DNA of 32,000 bases from Patescibacteria group bacterium (GCA_041662745.1 JBAZRV010000001.1:90001-122000), one strand, 5' to 3'. Positions 1 through 8,409 are shown, counted from the stretch's first letter. Translations and numbers: made by a program. The notes: generated by a model from the letters alone, not told the origin.

Positions 1-362
1 CGAACTTTCACATCCTCGTAACTTTCACCTTCAGGAAAGGGATTTTCGATGCATTCTTCCTCCTGCATCGGTTCGACAATATTCGATGACGCACCGTTCA
101 GCTTGCCGTAATTACATTCGCGAAGTCTCGCATCAGGAATGATTTGATATATACCTTCCCACGCAAGCTTTGCAGAATCATGAGCTCGCTTTAGGTCAGA
201 ACAGAAAACCACATCAAATTTCTGGTCCTTGGTCTGATCTTTGAGCGCAACTGATTGCTGTGCTCCAAGCTCAGAAAGATCAACGTCCTTCCAGCCAGAG
301 GAAATATGCTGTTCGTTGTCAGTTGTGGTTCCGTGTACGAAATAAGTAATTTTGATTGCCAT
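1..362 (-). CDS. histidine phosphatase (phosphoglycerate-mutase-like) superfamily protein; C-terminus lies beyond the window
   Basis: Absent from the ORF track because there is no in-window stop. Hand translation from the ATG (complement of 360-362) gives MAIKITYFVHGTTTDNEQHISSGWKDVDLSELGAQQSVALKDQTKDQKFDVVFCSDLKRAHDSAKLAWEG...ECNYGKLNG. This fits the N-terminal beta-strand plus HG motif, the S-x-L-x-R-A segment and the E-x-x-x-G-x-x-x-G segment of the family. The usual RHG is VHG here, which is a caveat. Confidence 0.45.
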   Translation of the reverse strand, partial: MAIKITYFVHGTTTDNEQHISSGWKDVDLSELGAQQSVALKDQTKDQKFDVVFCSDLKRAHDSAKLAWEGIYQIIPDARLRECNYGKLNGASSNIVEPMQEEECIENPFPEGESYEDVKV

Positions 363-365
363 AAA

Positions 366-689
366 TTATTCAACAGTTAGACGACAGACATTGAATCCAT
401 CTTTGCTTTTACAACCAACCCCACACTCATAGTCACCGCGATCTAAATTAGGATCGCCCTTTGCGGTTGCAGAATCTTCCACCCAATCACGACAAGCCTG
501 AACTGAACCGACATCTATTTCGCTTTCCCATTCGGTGAGATTATTGACGTCAGGATAATAGAAGGCATCCACTTTCTCCCATGGGGCATTACTATCTGCC
601 CAAAAAATACCCGCCAAGAACCCCGGAGCAGCAGAAAGCACCCAAACTACGAGCACTACTCCTAAGATCCATTTAATAGCTGTTTTCAT
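366..689 (-). CDS. hypothetical N-terminally membrane-anchored or secreted small protein (4 Cys)
   Basis: 107-aa ORF with an N-terminal hydrophobic helix (ILGVVLVVWVLSAAPGFLAGIF) followed by an acidic Cys-containing domain. Its stop lies 4 nt from the start of the downstream gene, suggesting an operon. No family recognised. Confidence 0.55.
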   Translation of the reverse strand: MKTAIKWILGVVLVVWVLSAAPGFLAGIFWADSNAPWEKVDAFYYPDVNNLTEWESEIDVGSVQACRDWVEDSATAKGDPNLDRGDYECGVGCKSKDGFNVCRLTVE

Positions 690-731
690 ATGGTTATATG
701 ACTGGCTTTAAAAAGTTCAAAGTTGCCAATC

Positions 732-822
732 TGGCGGAGAGGGGGAGATTCGAACTCCCGAGGGGCTATAAACCCCTGCCGCTTTTCGAGAGCGGTACCT
801 TCAACCACTCAGACACCTCTCC
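732..822 (-). tRNA. tRNA-Ser (anticodon CGA), CCA encoded
   Basis: The reverse complement GGAGAGGTGTCTGAGTGGTTGAAGGTACCGCTCTCGAAAAGCGGCAGGGGTTTATAGCCCCTCGGGAGTTCGAATCTCCCCCTCTCCGCCA folds as a class II tRNA. It has a 7-bp acceptor stem, anticodon loop CTCGAAA, a long variable arm and T-loop GTTCGAATC. Confidence 0.92.
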
Positions 823-830
823 AAAATAAA

Positions 831-2126
831 TCACTTCTTATACCTGATGTTTAAGGTTGATACGGCCAGAAGTATCCAAACCAATAAAGACAAGTCATTC
901 TTAAAATAAGGCACGTCCACCAATCCATGGATCACGATTTCCAAAGCTACGGCCATAAAAACCACGCTGGCAATCTTATCAAACGGCCATTCCTGGCTGT
1001 AGCGCCAAACAATGGAAAAAATATTCTTCAGATTGTCATAAACAAACTTGCCCGCCAGCCACAAAAAAGCGCCGATACCCAAAACTCCGACTTCGCTCCA
1101 AAAATTAAACAGAATATTGTGCGGGTAAGGAAACACCTCAAACCAATGGGTATGATAAGGCAAAATAGAGGCCGGATAGCCGGCCAAACCGCCGCCGAAA
1201 AACCAATGATCCTTAAGCATCTGCCGGGTTTCGCCCCAGATTAACCGGCGGATAAAACCGGAGTAATCCTGCAAGGATACCTTTTGCCAAATCAAATCGC
1301 GCCAACCGCTGTTAAGCAGAACAATTGTAGCGGAAAAGACCAAAAATATCAAGGCATAGCCGCGGGAACGGCGGTTAAACAAAAGCAGTAAGAAACTGAC
1401 TGCTAAAACAGCCAGGATAGCGCCCTCTGATTGCGCCAAGACAATAACGCTGAAGCCGACGATAATAACCAGCCATTTCAGCCACTGTCGCTGGCGGTTG
1501 GACAGATAAAGCAACAGCGAATCTTGGTTGCGATAAAACAAAAAACCGACGAAGGCGATAATAATCGGCCCGAAAAACAAGCCCAGGGCGTTGGGGTAAC
1601 CATAAGTGCCGACCACCCGGTCAACGCTGCCGGTAGCGGTTAAAAACGCTTGGGGCACACCCCAACCGGTGAGTTTTTGCGCGTAACAAATCAGTCCCAT
1701 GTATAACACCGACAAGCCCAAACTCCAAAAAACCCCCTCTATCTGCCGGCGGACATCAACTAATGAAATCAAAATGAAATAAAACATGATCGGCTCCGCA
1801 AAATACGCTTTCCAGGCGCCTAAGGCCTTTAACGGCAGAGGCGAGACAAAAACCGCAATCGTAACAGCAATCAAAACCGCCAAGGCCGGATAAAACAAAG
1901 GATCGGATTTGATGACCGACCAATGGAAGTTCCTTTTCAATAAAACGACAATAAATAAAATCAGCACCATTGCCTCCAGCCAAGTAAAAGGAATGGTAAA
2001 AATCTGAAAACGCACGACATAGGTCGGCAATAAGGCAGTAATCAGGTAAGCGGCCCATAACGGACGAAAATAGGCCAGAAAGAAAAACAGGATAGCGGCC
2101 AAACCGATAAGGAACATTGACGCCAT
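831..2126 (-). CDS. O-antigen ligase/polymerase-like (Wzy_C-type) polytopic membrane protein
   Basis: 431-aa protein with about 10-12 TM helices, an architecture typical of the O-antigen ligase family, and a central loop preceded by SEGAILAVLAVSFLLLLF. It sits next to a Wzx-type flippase. Family call is from composition and architecture only. Confidence 0.6.
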   Translation of the reverse strand: MASMFLIGLAAILFFFLAYFRPLWAAYLITALLPTYVVRFQIFTIPFTWLEAMVLILFIVVLLKRNFHWSVIKSDPLFYPALAVLIAVTIAVFVSPLPLKALGAWKAYFAEPIMFYFILISLVDVRRQIEGVFWSLGLSVLYMGLICYAQKLTGWGVPQAFLTATGSVDRVVGTYGYPNALGLFFGPIIIAFVGFLFYRNQDSLLLYLSNRQRQWLKWLVIIVGFSVIVLAQSEGAILAVLAVSFLLLLFNRRSRGYALIFLVFSATIVLLNSGWRDLIWQKVSLQDYSGFIRRLIWGETRQMLKDHWFFGGGLAGYPASILPYHTHWFEVFPYPHNILFNFWSEVGVLGIGAFLWLAGKFVYDNLKNIFSIVWRYSQEWPFDKIASVVFMAVALEIVIHGLVDVPYFKNDLSLLVWILLAVSTLNIRYKK

Positions 2127-2132
2127 ATGATT

Positions 2133-3554
2133 TTATATTTTTTTTAATTTAATCATGTCCAGCACTTCGCTCTTATTATAACCCCTAAACAAATAGAGGG
2201 CCAAAAAATAAATAATCGCGCCGGCCAGCACTAAAGTCAAAATATTCTGATTCAATAACGGATATAAACATAAACCCATAACCGCCGAAGCCAGGACGGC
2301 TTTCCAAAAAGCCCTTAAACTAATCCTGGTTTTGGTTTCGCGACGCAAAATATAAAAAGCCGATAAAGTGATGATCGCTTCCGTTGCTACGGTCAGGATT
2401 GCCCCAGCCCAATAAGAGAATATGGGAATAAAAATCAAATAAGCGGCCAAAGAGAACACGGCGTCAAAAAGATAAAAGCTGATCATTTTCTTCTGCAGAC
2501 CGCAGGCCACAATGGCATAGCCGGCCAAAGCGCCGAAATAAATCATGGCCGCTCCGACGATCAAAATCCTTAACGGTCCGGCGGCGATAATAAAATCCGC
2601 TCCGGCCACAAACCCCATAATTTTTTCCGCTAACAGCCAAGTGGCTATGACCATGGGTACGGCCAAAATAGCCATAAAATCAAAAGACTTTTGCAGGGTC
2701 TTTTCAAACAGCCCTTTGCTGGTCAAATAAAACTCGGTTAACAGAGGCAAAATCAAACCGAGAAACAAGTAAGGAAACTGAATCAGCGTTTCCAACACCT
2801 TATAGGCCGCGCCATAAATGCCGACATCTTCAGCCGGCCGAACCAAAGATAAAATAATCGTATCGGCGCGAAAATACACCAGGGTCAAAGAAATGGTAAT
2901 GGCTAACGGCCAGGACACTTCCCATATCTGCCGCCAAACTTTAAAATCCGCTTCCAATCTCAAACTCAAATGTTTGCGCGCTTTGATTGCCAAATATAAA
3001 AAGTTCACCAGACTGCCCAAAGACACGGCGGCAATGACAGCCAACAACCCCAAATCGGCGGCAACAGCCAGCCAGACGCCAAGAAGTAAAATAAACCTGC
3101 CCCAAACTTCGGCAATGGCCACTTCCGCCATAGCCATCTGCTTCTGATATAGGCCGATCAAAACCGATTGCAAAGAAATGAAGAAAAAGGAGAGGGAGGC
3201 CACGCCGACACCCAGCTTAACGGCCAACGGATAAGGTAAAAACCAAATCAGGGCCGAGGCCGTACCCAAAAAAACTACGGCGGAAAGCAGGCGGACAGTC
3301 AGGATATTGGCAAAAATCTTATGTTGATTCGCACCGGGACGAGAAAGCATCTGGGCGGTAGTCATCTGCAGGCCGAAATCAATCAAGACGCCAAAAAACT
3401 GCAAAAAAGAAATAACGGTGGTGTAATAACCGAAACCTTCACGCCCCAAATAACGCGTCATCAAAGCGATAGTGACCAAACCCAAAACCGTACCGGCGAT
3501 TTTGCCGCTGATTTGCCAAAAAGTATTCTGCGCGATTTTTGCCGCTAAACCCAT
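2133..3554 (-). CDS. oligosaccharide/polysaccharide flippase (Wzx/MOP superfamily)
   Basis: 473-aa protein with about 12-14 TM helices. The N-terminus KIAQNTFWQISGKIAGTVLGLVTIALMTRYLGREGFGYYTTVISFLQFF is the characteristic start of Polysacc_synt/MOP flippases. Confidence 0.75.
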   Translation of the reverse strand: MGLAAKIAQNTFWQISGKIAGTVLGLVTIALMTRYLGREGFGYYTTVISFLQFFGVLIDFGLQMTTAQMLSRPGANQHKIFANILTVRLLSAVVFLGTASALIWFLPYPLAVKLGVGVASLSFFFISLQSVLIGLYQKQMAMAEVAIAEVWGRFILLLGVWLAVAADLGLLAVIAAVSLGSLVNFLYLAIKARKHLSLRLEADFKVWRQIWEVSWPLAITISLTLVYFRADTIILSLVRPAEDVGIYGAAYKVLETLIQFPYLFLGLILPLLTEFYLTSKGLFEKTLQKSFDFMAILAVPMVIATWLLAEKIMGFVAGADFIIAAGPLRILIVGAAMIYFGALAGYAIVACGLQKKMISFYLFDAVFSLAAYLIFIPIFSYWAGAILTVATEAIITLSAFYILRRETKTRISLRAFWKAVLASAVMGLCLYPLLNQNILTLVLAGAIIYFLALYLFRGYNKSEVLDMIKLKKI

Positions 3555-3563
3555 AAATTAATT

Positions 3564-4583
3564 TTATTGCGCCCAAAGTTTTTTCGTCTCATCCCAATAG
3601 CCGTGATAATCCTTTTCCGTTTTCATGTAATACCACCATTCCGCGCCCCACAAATAAGCCTCATCAAAACCGGCGCGGCGGGTAAAGGAAATGTTTTCTT
3701 TGAGTTGCTGCAAGCTCATGGACAAATTATGGTCGGCCAAGGACATCTGAGCCAAATTGACATTGGGCTTATGCCAGCTTTCCGCTTGCAATTCGGCCAC
3801 AATGACTTTTTGGATCGGCGTAAACCATTTTATCAACTGCACCCGCGCCCAATAAAAGGCCGGGGGCGTAAACCAACGGAAATAGCCGATTTGCGGATTA
3901 TACACCACGCGATACAAAGTTGATCCCAAAACTTCTCCGCCGACATGGGAAATCGGCCACCAAGTGGACAACTCGCCGCTGTCGGTGACTAAAATCGGCT
4001 TAGCTGTCAATTTTTTTACTTGAGCAATCTCCTCTTTTAACAACGGTTTGTTGGGTGGCGGACAGATGCCGAAAGTGGACAGAAACGGTTCATTCTCCAC
4101 TTGGAAATATTTGATCTGCTGGTTATCCTTATATCTGCCGACCACCGCCTGGACGAACTTTAACTGGACTTCTTCGGCGTCAATCGCTTTCAAATCCTTA
4201 AGCCAAATCGGATCGTGGCATTCCGGCCAACGCGGCAAACGGCGCCCGACCGCCAAAACTATTTTTATCTGACGTTTGGACGCCTCGTTAATCTGCCAAT
4301 CCAAATCCTTAAAATCATAACGGCCCCTGACCGTCTCAACCTGATTCCAATAAGCGGACAAGCGAATATTATCAACTTTCAAATCATCTAGAATGGCCAG
4401 ATATGTTTTTTGCCAATCCAATCCTAATTCGGTCTGCGCATAGACCGAAGAAAAAGTTACGCCCCACTCCAGATGCCTCCGAGAAAAATCAAGGGAATAA
4501 CTGGCTATTATCCCGCCGATTAAAGCCAATAAAATTATGCAAACTGTCGCTAAAAACCAATGGCGACGCAAAAAAAATATCAT
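3564..4583 (-). CDS. membrane-anchored glycoside hydrolase, clan GH-A (GH5/GH42-like TIM barrel)
   Basis: 339-aa protein with an N-terminal TM anchor. It carries W-N-Q-V-E-x-x-x-G-x-Y-D-F-x-x-L-D (the GH42/GH5-type beta-strand 2 region) and the acid/base motif QVENEP. The family number cannot be assigned by eye. Confidence 0.55.
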   Translation of the reverse strand: MIFFLRRHWFLATVCIILLALIGGIIASYSLDFSRRHLEWGVTFSSVYAQTELGLDWQKTYLAILDDLKVDNIRLSAYWNQVETVRGRYDFKDLDWQINEASKRQIKIVLAVGRRLPRWPECHDPIWLKDLKAIDAEEVQLKFVQAVVGRYKDNQQIKYFQVENEPFLSTFGICPPPNKPLLKEEIAQVKKLTAKPILVTDSGELSTWWPISHVGGEVLGSTLYRVVYNPQIGYFRWFTPPAFYWARVQLIKWFTPIQKVIVAELQAESWHKPNVNLAQMSLADHNLSMSLQQLKENISFTRRAGFDEAYLWGAEWWYYMKTEKDYHGYWDETKKLWAQ

Positions 4584-4608
4584 AGTATTTAATGGATTAC
4601 TGATTGTT

Positions 4609-5502
4609 TCATAAGGCTAAAATAGCCAGGCCCGCGACAATGAAAGCCGTAGCAATAATTTTCTGCCACAAAATTTTCCTAGTCATTTTTTCTTTCATGG
4701 CGCCGGGTTGGATCCTTTGCACTGCTATGACAATAAGCAATAAAAAGACATACTGCAATCCTTGCAGGGCATTAATGATAGCCGTCGCGCCGACAGAAAT
4801 GGCGATGGCAAAATTAACCAAGATTGACGATAGGGCGCCCGAAGTCTGACCGAAAAGCAAAAGTCCGCTGGTCTGTTTCTGGGGACGGCGCACGACGGCA
4901 AAAAAAGAGCGTCGATGGCGCGGCCAGGCAAACAGGCATAAGGCGAATAATAAGGCGCCGAGACGCGTCATGACAAAGGGCGTGATAAAACTACCTTGAG
5001 AATTGTAAGCGTATTTGGCGATAATCAACGAGACGGCAAACAGTATGGCGGAAAAAATAGCGGCGCCATAAGCGACTTTGTCGGCCTTACCCTTGCCATA
5101 AGAAATCAGCACCGTGCCCATGATGATAACAAAAAAAGCCAACAAAAATTTTTCAGATACGGCCTCACCGACGAACAGCCAAGCCAAAGGCAAAACGATT
5201 AAAGGTTGCAAACCGCCTAAAAAAGGAATGATGCGCGAAGCCTCGCCTCTGTTTAGGGCGACAAACATCAGATAAATTCCGGCGCCGAATAAAAAACCGG
5301 AAATCAACTCCCAAGCCAATTGCGAGCCGGTCGGCTGGGACCAATCAAACGGCAAAAGCACCAGCGCCAGAATTCCCAAAAAAGAAATGATGATGGTATA
5401 AACGGCGGGATTGGGAATTTTTTTATTGAGCAGGAATTTATCAGTCGCCAGAGCGGCGGCGTTTAGGGCGTACGAAATAATAGTAATAGGCAACCAAAAC
5501 AT
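4609..5502 (-). CDS. EamA/DMT-superfamily transporter
   Basis: 297-aa protein with 10 predicted TM helices in two 5-TM halves, a composition typical of EamA domains. Confidence 0.65.
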   Translation of the reverse strand: MFWLPITIISYALNAAALATDKFLLNKKIPNPAVYTIIISFLGILALVLLPFDWSQPTGSQLAWELISGFLFGAGIYLMFVALNRGEASRIIPFLGGLQPLIVLPLAWLFVGEAVSEKFLLAFFVIIMGTVLISYGKGKADKVAYGAAIFSAILFAVSLIIAKYAYNSQGSFITPFVMTRLGALLFALCLFAWPRHRRSFFAVVRRPQKQTSGLLLFGQTSGALSSILVNFAIAISVGATAIINALQGLQYVFLLLIVIAVQRIQPGAMKEKMTRKILWQKIIATAFIVAGLAILAL

Positions 5503-5603
5503 AAATAATTTTTAGGAATTACAAACTTTTTATTTTTTTATAAATAACCTCTAATTTTTCCTTTTAACCTATATATCATACCATAATCCGTCATTTTGCG
5601 CCA

Positions 5604-5643
5604 AACAAAAAACGACTCCCGCCGGCACGACAAATAGCGGGAG
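5604..5643 (-). terminator. rho-independent terminator after the GerMN gene
   Basis: On the minus strand the sequence reads CTCCCGC-(14 nt)-GCGGGAG followed by TCGTTTTTTG. Confidence 0.6.
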
Positions 5644-5660
5644 CCGAAAACAAGTTGCTA

Positions 5661-6710
5661 TTATGGCTGAAGGATCTGATCTTGCTGGCAATTGCCGTCA
5701 ATGCAGATCTTGACTGACTGGACTTGGGCAAATTGCATCAGGGTATTGGTGATTTGCGACCTGATGGCGGTAACGGCGCAAGAACCGGCGGCCTTGTCCA
5801 ATTGGGAATCAAAATTCACTTCCAATGTCCCGTCATCATCAAGCTTAACATATTTTAAGCGGGTTCCCAAGGGAATGGCGGAATAATAGCCGGCGGCTTT
5901 GTCTGCGGAGGACAATGGTTGCAACAAACCGATTACCGTATTAACGATATTGGAATCAAACTTATCATCAATCTCCCTCTCCAAGGGTTCCACTTTGGAG
6001 CAATCGCTGGAATTGGCATTTTTAACCGTATTGCTATAATAAGCGATGACTTTTGTTGTCGGCCAGACCGGCACATCGTCACTGGTTACATTGACTTTTA
6101 TTTCTTCGGGAACTTCTTCAATAATGCTGACTTTGCCATCCTCCAGCGTTGTGGAGACTCTGACCGAACCATCGCCTTCGGCGACCTGGCCTTGGCTCAT
6201 ATTGCTGACAATCAGCCAAATAACCGCAATAACTATAAGCAAAGCAATCACTGCAGCCGCGATAGTCTTTGGCTGCGGCCGATCGGATTTGATAATTCCT
6301 TCTTTTTCAATTCGTTCCGGCTGTTTTTCCATTTCAACCTCCGGCTTCTCCTTGACTTCATCCGGTTCTTTTACCGGTTCGTTACTTTTCGCGACCGGCG
6401 TTGTCTCGGCTTCCGGCTTAATTTCAGCCTTGCTCGTTGACGCCTCATTCTCCATGGCCGACGCTATTTCAGTTGTCACCGCCTCATCTATCGTTTCAAT
6501 CGGTTTGTTTGATTCCTCCGCCACGGATTTTTCCGCAATAGCCCCTCCGGTTTCCTCTGCTTTTATTTCCTCTGTCTCCGCCATGGTTTCTAACGGAGCC
6601 GATTCTGCCACCGAAACAACGGTATCGTCAACCGGCGCAATCGCCTGTTCTTGATTATCCGGTTGGCCGTCAAGAGGCAAGGCGGATTGGGTTTTTTCTT
6701 CTTCAGTCAT
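5661..6710 (-). CDS. GerMN-domain protein with an acidic low-complexity N-terminus and a single TM helix
   Basis: 349-aa protein. Residues ~1-150 are Glu/Thr/Ala-rich and likely disordered, followed by TM helix IAAAVIALLIVIAVIWLIV. The C-terminal ~130 aa (VIAYYSN...CSKVEPLEREI...VIGLLQPLS...GYYSAIPLGTRLKYVKLDDDGTLEVNFDSQL...ITNTLMQF..VQSVKICIDG) match the GerMN (sporulation/germination lipoprotein) pattern. Confidence 0.6.
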   Translation of the reverse strand: MTEEEKTQSALPLDGQPDNQEQAIAPVDDTVVSVAESAPLETMAETEEIKAEETGGAIAEKSVAEESNKPIETIDEAVTTEIASAMENEASTSKAEIKPEAETTPVAKSNEPVKEPDEVKEKPEVEMEKQPERIEKEGIIKSDRPQPKTIAAAVIALLIVIAVIWLIVSNMSQGQVAEGDGSVRVSTTLEDGKVSIIEEVPEEIKVNVTSDDVPVWPTTKVIAYYSNTVKNANSSDCSKVEPLEREIDDKFDSNIVNTVIGLLQPLSSADKAAGYYSAIPLGTRLKYVKLDDDGTLEVNFDSQLDKAAGSCAVTAIRSQITNTLMQFAQVQSVKICIDGNCQQDQILQP

Positions 6711-6722
6711 ATATTTTTATAG

Positions 6723-6986
6723 CTAATTGACTAATAACAGCTTGGCCAAATTATATACCATTACCGCCAAACCCGCAAGAAAAGAAAAAAACATCAATTT
6801 TCTCATATAAACGGCGGGTTCGCCATCTATATTATGGGTTAAATAATAAATCAAGGCGCAAGCGCCGAGAAACAAGACGGAAAACATGACCAGACCGAAC
6901 ACTTTATTGCCCCAAATAAAAATCAAAGCCGCTAAAATCAATAGGGCGTAAAAAACATAAATTGCCGAAGAGATGACTATTTCCAT
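6723..6986 (-). CDS. small 3-TM membrane protein, hypothetical
   Basis: 87-aa ORF, almost entirely hydrophobic helices. No Shine-Dalgarno sequence; a promoter abuts the ATG (see next feature). Confidence 0.5.
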   Translation of the reverse strand: MEIVISSAIYVFYALLILAALIFIWGNKVFGLVMFSVLFLGACALIYYLTHNIDGEPAVYMRKLMFFSFLAGLAVMVYNLAKLLLVN

Positions 6987-6994
6987 ATAATCTT

Positions 6995-7023
6995 AATTTA
7001 GGTTAAAAATACGGATCAGTCAA
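6995..7023 (-). promoter_or_regulatory. sigma70-type promoter giving a leaderless or near-leaderless mRNA
   Basis: The minus strand reads TTGACT-17 nt-TAAATT, with only 8 nt between the -10 hexamer and the ATG at 6986. Confidence 0.45.
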
Positions 7024-7073
7024 GGGTAATAAACAAAAAAATAATAAAAACCGCCATAGAGACAGCTCAGGGA

Positions 7074-7103
7074 CGGTTTTTTAATTAAGCGGGTAAGGAG
7101 AGT
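7074..7103. repeat. 30-bp direct repeat, copy 1 (duplicate of the tRNA-Gly 3' end plus downstream T-tract)
   Basis: CGGTTTTTTAATTAAGCGGGTAAGGAGAGT is identical to 7285-7314. It contains the complement of the last 16 nt of tRNA-Gly plus 14 nt of flank. Confidence 0.9.
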
Positions 7104-7266
7104 TATTCGCTCTCACCAGCCGCCAAAAAGCGGCAGGTTCGTTTGTCCTGGGTAGCCGCCGGACGCTCCCAATGGTCGCGTCTGTCGTCGCTCGATTACT
7201 CGGTTTCGCTTCCGCTGCACCTCACATCTCGCTCGCTACCTAGTTCGACTCTCGCCATCTGTAATT
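7104..7266. other. GC-rich unassigned segment between the direct repeats (possible small RNA or integration remnant)
   Basis: About 160 nt, clearly more GC-rich than the surrounding AT-rich spacers. It contains mutually exclusive hairpins (GCCGCC-AAAAA-GCGGC ... GCCGCC). On the plus strand it ends at the hairpin plus T6 at 7267-7293. No convincing ORF. Confidence 0.3.
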
Positions 7267-7293
7267 AAAAAACCGCCCAATGGGCGGTTTTTT
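7267..7293. terminator. bidirectional rho-independent terminator downstream of tRNA-Gly
   Basis: AAAAAA-CCGCCCA-A-TGGGCGG-TTTTTT: a perfect 7-bp stem flanked by an A6 run and a T6 run. Confidence 0.7.
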
Positions 7294-7314
7294 AATTAAG
7301 CGGGTAAGGAGAGT
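7285..7314. repeat. 30-bp direct repeat, copy 2 (overlaps the authentic tRNA-Gly 3' end)
   Basis: Identical to 7074-7103. Confidence 0.9.
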
Positions 7315-7370
7315 CGAACTCCTGTCACGAGTTTGGAAAACTCGGATAATAACCGTTATATGATACCCGC
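7299..7370 (-). tRNA. tRNA-Gly (anticodon UCC), CCA not encoded
   Basis: The reverse complement GCGGGTATCATATAACGGTTATTATCCGAGTTTTCCAAACTCGTGACAGGAGTTCGACTCTCCTTACCCGCT folds as a tRNA. Acceptor stem GCGGGTA/TACCCGC, anticodon stem CGAGT/ACTCG with loop TTTCCAA, T-arm AGGAG-TTCGACT-CTCCT, discriminator U. Confidence 0.88.
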
Positions 7371-7412
7371 AATCTGGGGTTATATTAACATAAATCATCA
7401 GAATAATCAAGC

Positions 7413-7441
7413 TTGACAAATAATCGGTTTTAATATTAAAT
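7413..7441 (+). promoter_or_regulatory. candidate sigma70 promoter for the small-ORF cluster
   Basis: TTGACA-17 nt-TTAAAT, about 45 nt upstream of the ATG at 7487. Confidence 0.4.
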
Positions 7442-7486
7442 ACAAGAATAAGATGAACTTTGACAAAAATTGAAGGGGGGGTAAAA

Positions 7487-7777
7487 ATGGCTTCAAAGAA
7501 AAAAATTTTAGTTGAATGGCTACGGGAAGAATCTGTCTGTCCTGATGATCGCTCGCCACACTTCGGAAAATTCTGTCTCTGCGCGATATGCCGGCCCGAG
7601 AATTATTGTATCCCGGACGGAGGCGGTTGCGTAGAATGCGACGGACCGGTTACCGAATGTGGCGGACCCACCGCCAAAGAAGAGGAAGAGGAGGAGAAAA
7701 ACAGGTATGCTTACGAAAATCAACAACTAAGACAAGGCGAGGAGACAAACCATGACCACCGTCCTACCCAAAAATAA
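7487..7777 (+). CDS. small Cys-rich protein (96 aa), hypothetical
   Basis: I place the start at the ATG at 7487, preceded by GAAGGGGGGGTAAAA (strong SD), rather than the track's TTG at 7460. There are nine Cys in residues 17-57 (C-x15-C-x-C-x2-C-x6-C-x6-C-x2-C-x6-C), followed by an E-rich tail. Confidence 0.55.
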   Translation: MASKKKILVEWLREESVCPDDRSPHFGKFCLCAICRPENYCIPDGGGCVECDGPVTECGGPTAKEEEEEEKNRYAYENQQLRQGEETNHDHRPTQK

Positions 7778-8165
7778 AAAATCAGCCAAAAATGCAACCG
7801 CGTCTTTCGGTCAGATCTGCGCCATTTGCAAGCATCAAGATCAAGGCGGTCTTCACCCTGATCCTAACGGCAGCATAAGGATAAAAATAAAAAGGGCCGG
7901 CCAAGAATTTCATTTGTGCGAACATTGCGTCCGAGAAACCATCAACGCCGAACGACGACGCATCTATAGGCAAAATCATTGGGCGCTTAACGAGTTGAAA
8001 AGGATAAAAAAACATAAAAATCGTCCAAGTAGCATCAAAATAACAACCCAACAATCAACTCCACGGCAACCCACGGATGATGAACTGATTGACCAAATCA
8101 TGGAACGCAGTCCTCACCGATCGCGGCCCATCCATCCCGGCGCCGAAAGATTCCGACGGGATTAA
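7752..8165 (+). CDS. zinc-ribbon-like basic protein (137 aa), hypothetical
   Basis: SD GAGGAG lies 7 nt upstream of the ATG, and the gene overlaps the upstream one by 26 nt. It has a CAIC...(35 aa)...CEHC pair of CxxC knuckles and a basic C-terminal half. Confidence 0.55.
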   Translation: MTTVLPKNKKSAKNATASFGQICAICKHQDQGGLHPDPNGSIRIKIKRAGQEFHLCEHCVRETINAERRRIYRQNHWALNELKRIKKHKNRPSSIKITTQQSTPRQPTDDELIDQIMERSPHRSRPIHPGAERFRRD

Positions 8166-8190
8166 GCCAAAAAAGAGAGGGGAAACAGCA

Positions 8191-8409
8191 ATGCCAAAAC
8201 TAAACATTACGGCTGAGGTTGTAATTGAATTACAAGATGAAAGTCCAAATAGAAATGCCCGGATAGAAATTAAAACGACTGATACCTTGCTTGGCCTTTA
8301 TGAAGCGGTAACGGTTTCGCAAAAAGACGCTGATGGCAAAACTTATCCGATTATTATCTTTAGGGAAATACCCATCGTAGAAGGATCGCCCTTAGAATCA
8401 ACTTATTAG
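8191..8409 (+). CDS. small hypothetical protein (72 aa)
   Basis: I use the internal ATG at 8191, preceded by AGAGAGGGGAAACAGCA, in preference to the longer track ORF (8089), which would overlap most of the upstream gene's 3' end. No motif recognised. Confidence 0.45.
   Translation: MPKLNITAEVVIELQDESPNRNARIEIKTTDTLLGLYEAVTVSQKDADGKTYPIIIFREIPIVEGSPLESTY

Noticed and set aside
191-373. 60-aa minus-strand ORF at the left edge.
   Set aside because: A different frame on the same strand (start ATG at 360-362, open to the window edge) gives a protein with histidine-phosphatase-like motifs. The 60-aa frame has no recognisable features and straddles the neighbouring gene's stop.
5692-6654. Plus-strand ORFs of 64, 173 and 202 aa antisense to the GerMN gene, including a Ser/Thr-rich 202-aa frame.
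   Set aside because: They are mirror images of the low-complexity Glu/Thr/Ala-coding region on the minus strand, which naturally leaves long open antisense frames. They have no SD or promoter, whereas the minus-strand product has a TM helix and a GerMN domain.
7104-7266. Whether the GC-rich segment next to tRNA-Gly is tmRNA, SRP RNA or 6S RNA.
   Set aside because: It lacks a tmRNA tag-reading frame or GGGG...ACCA tRNA-like ends, the SRP GGAAGCAGCC/GNAR domain IV motif, and a 6S-type closing stem between its ends. It is kept only as an unassigned element.
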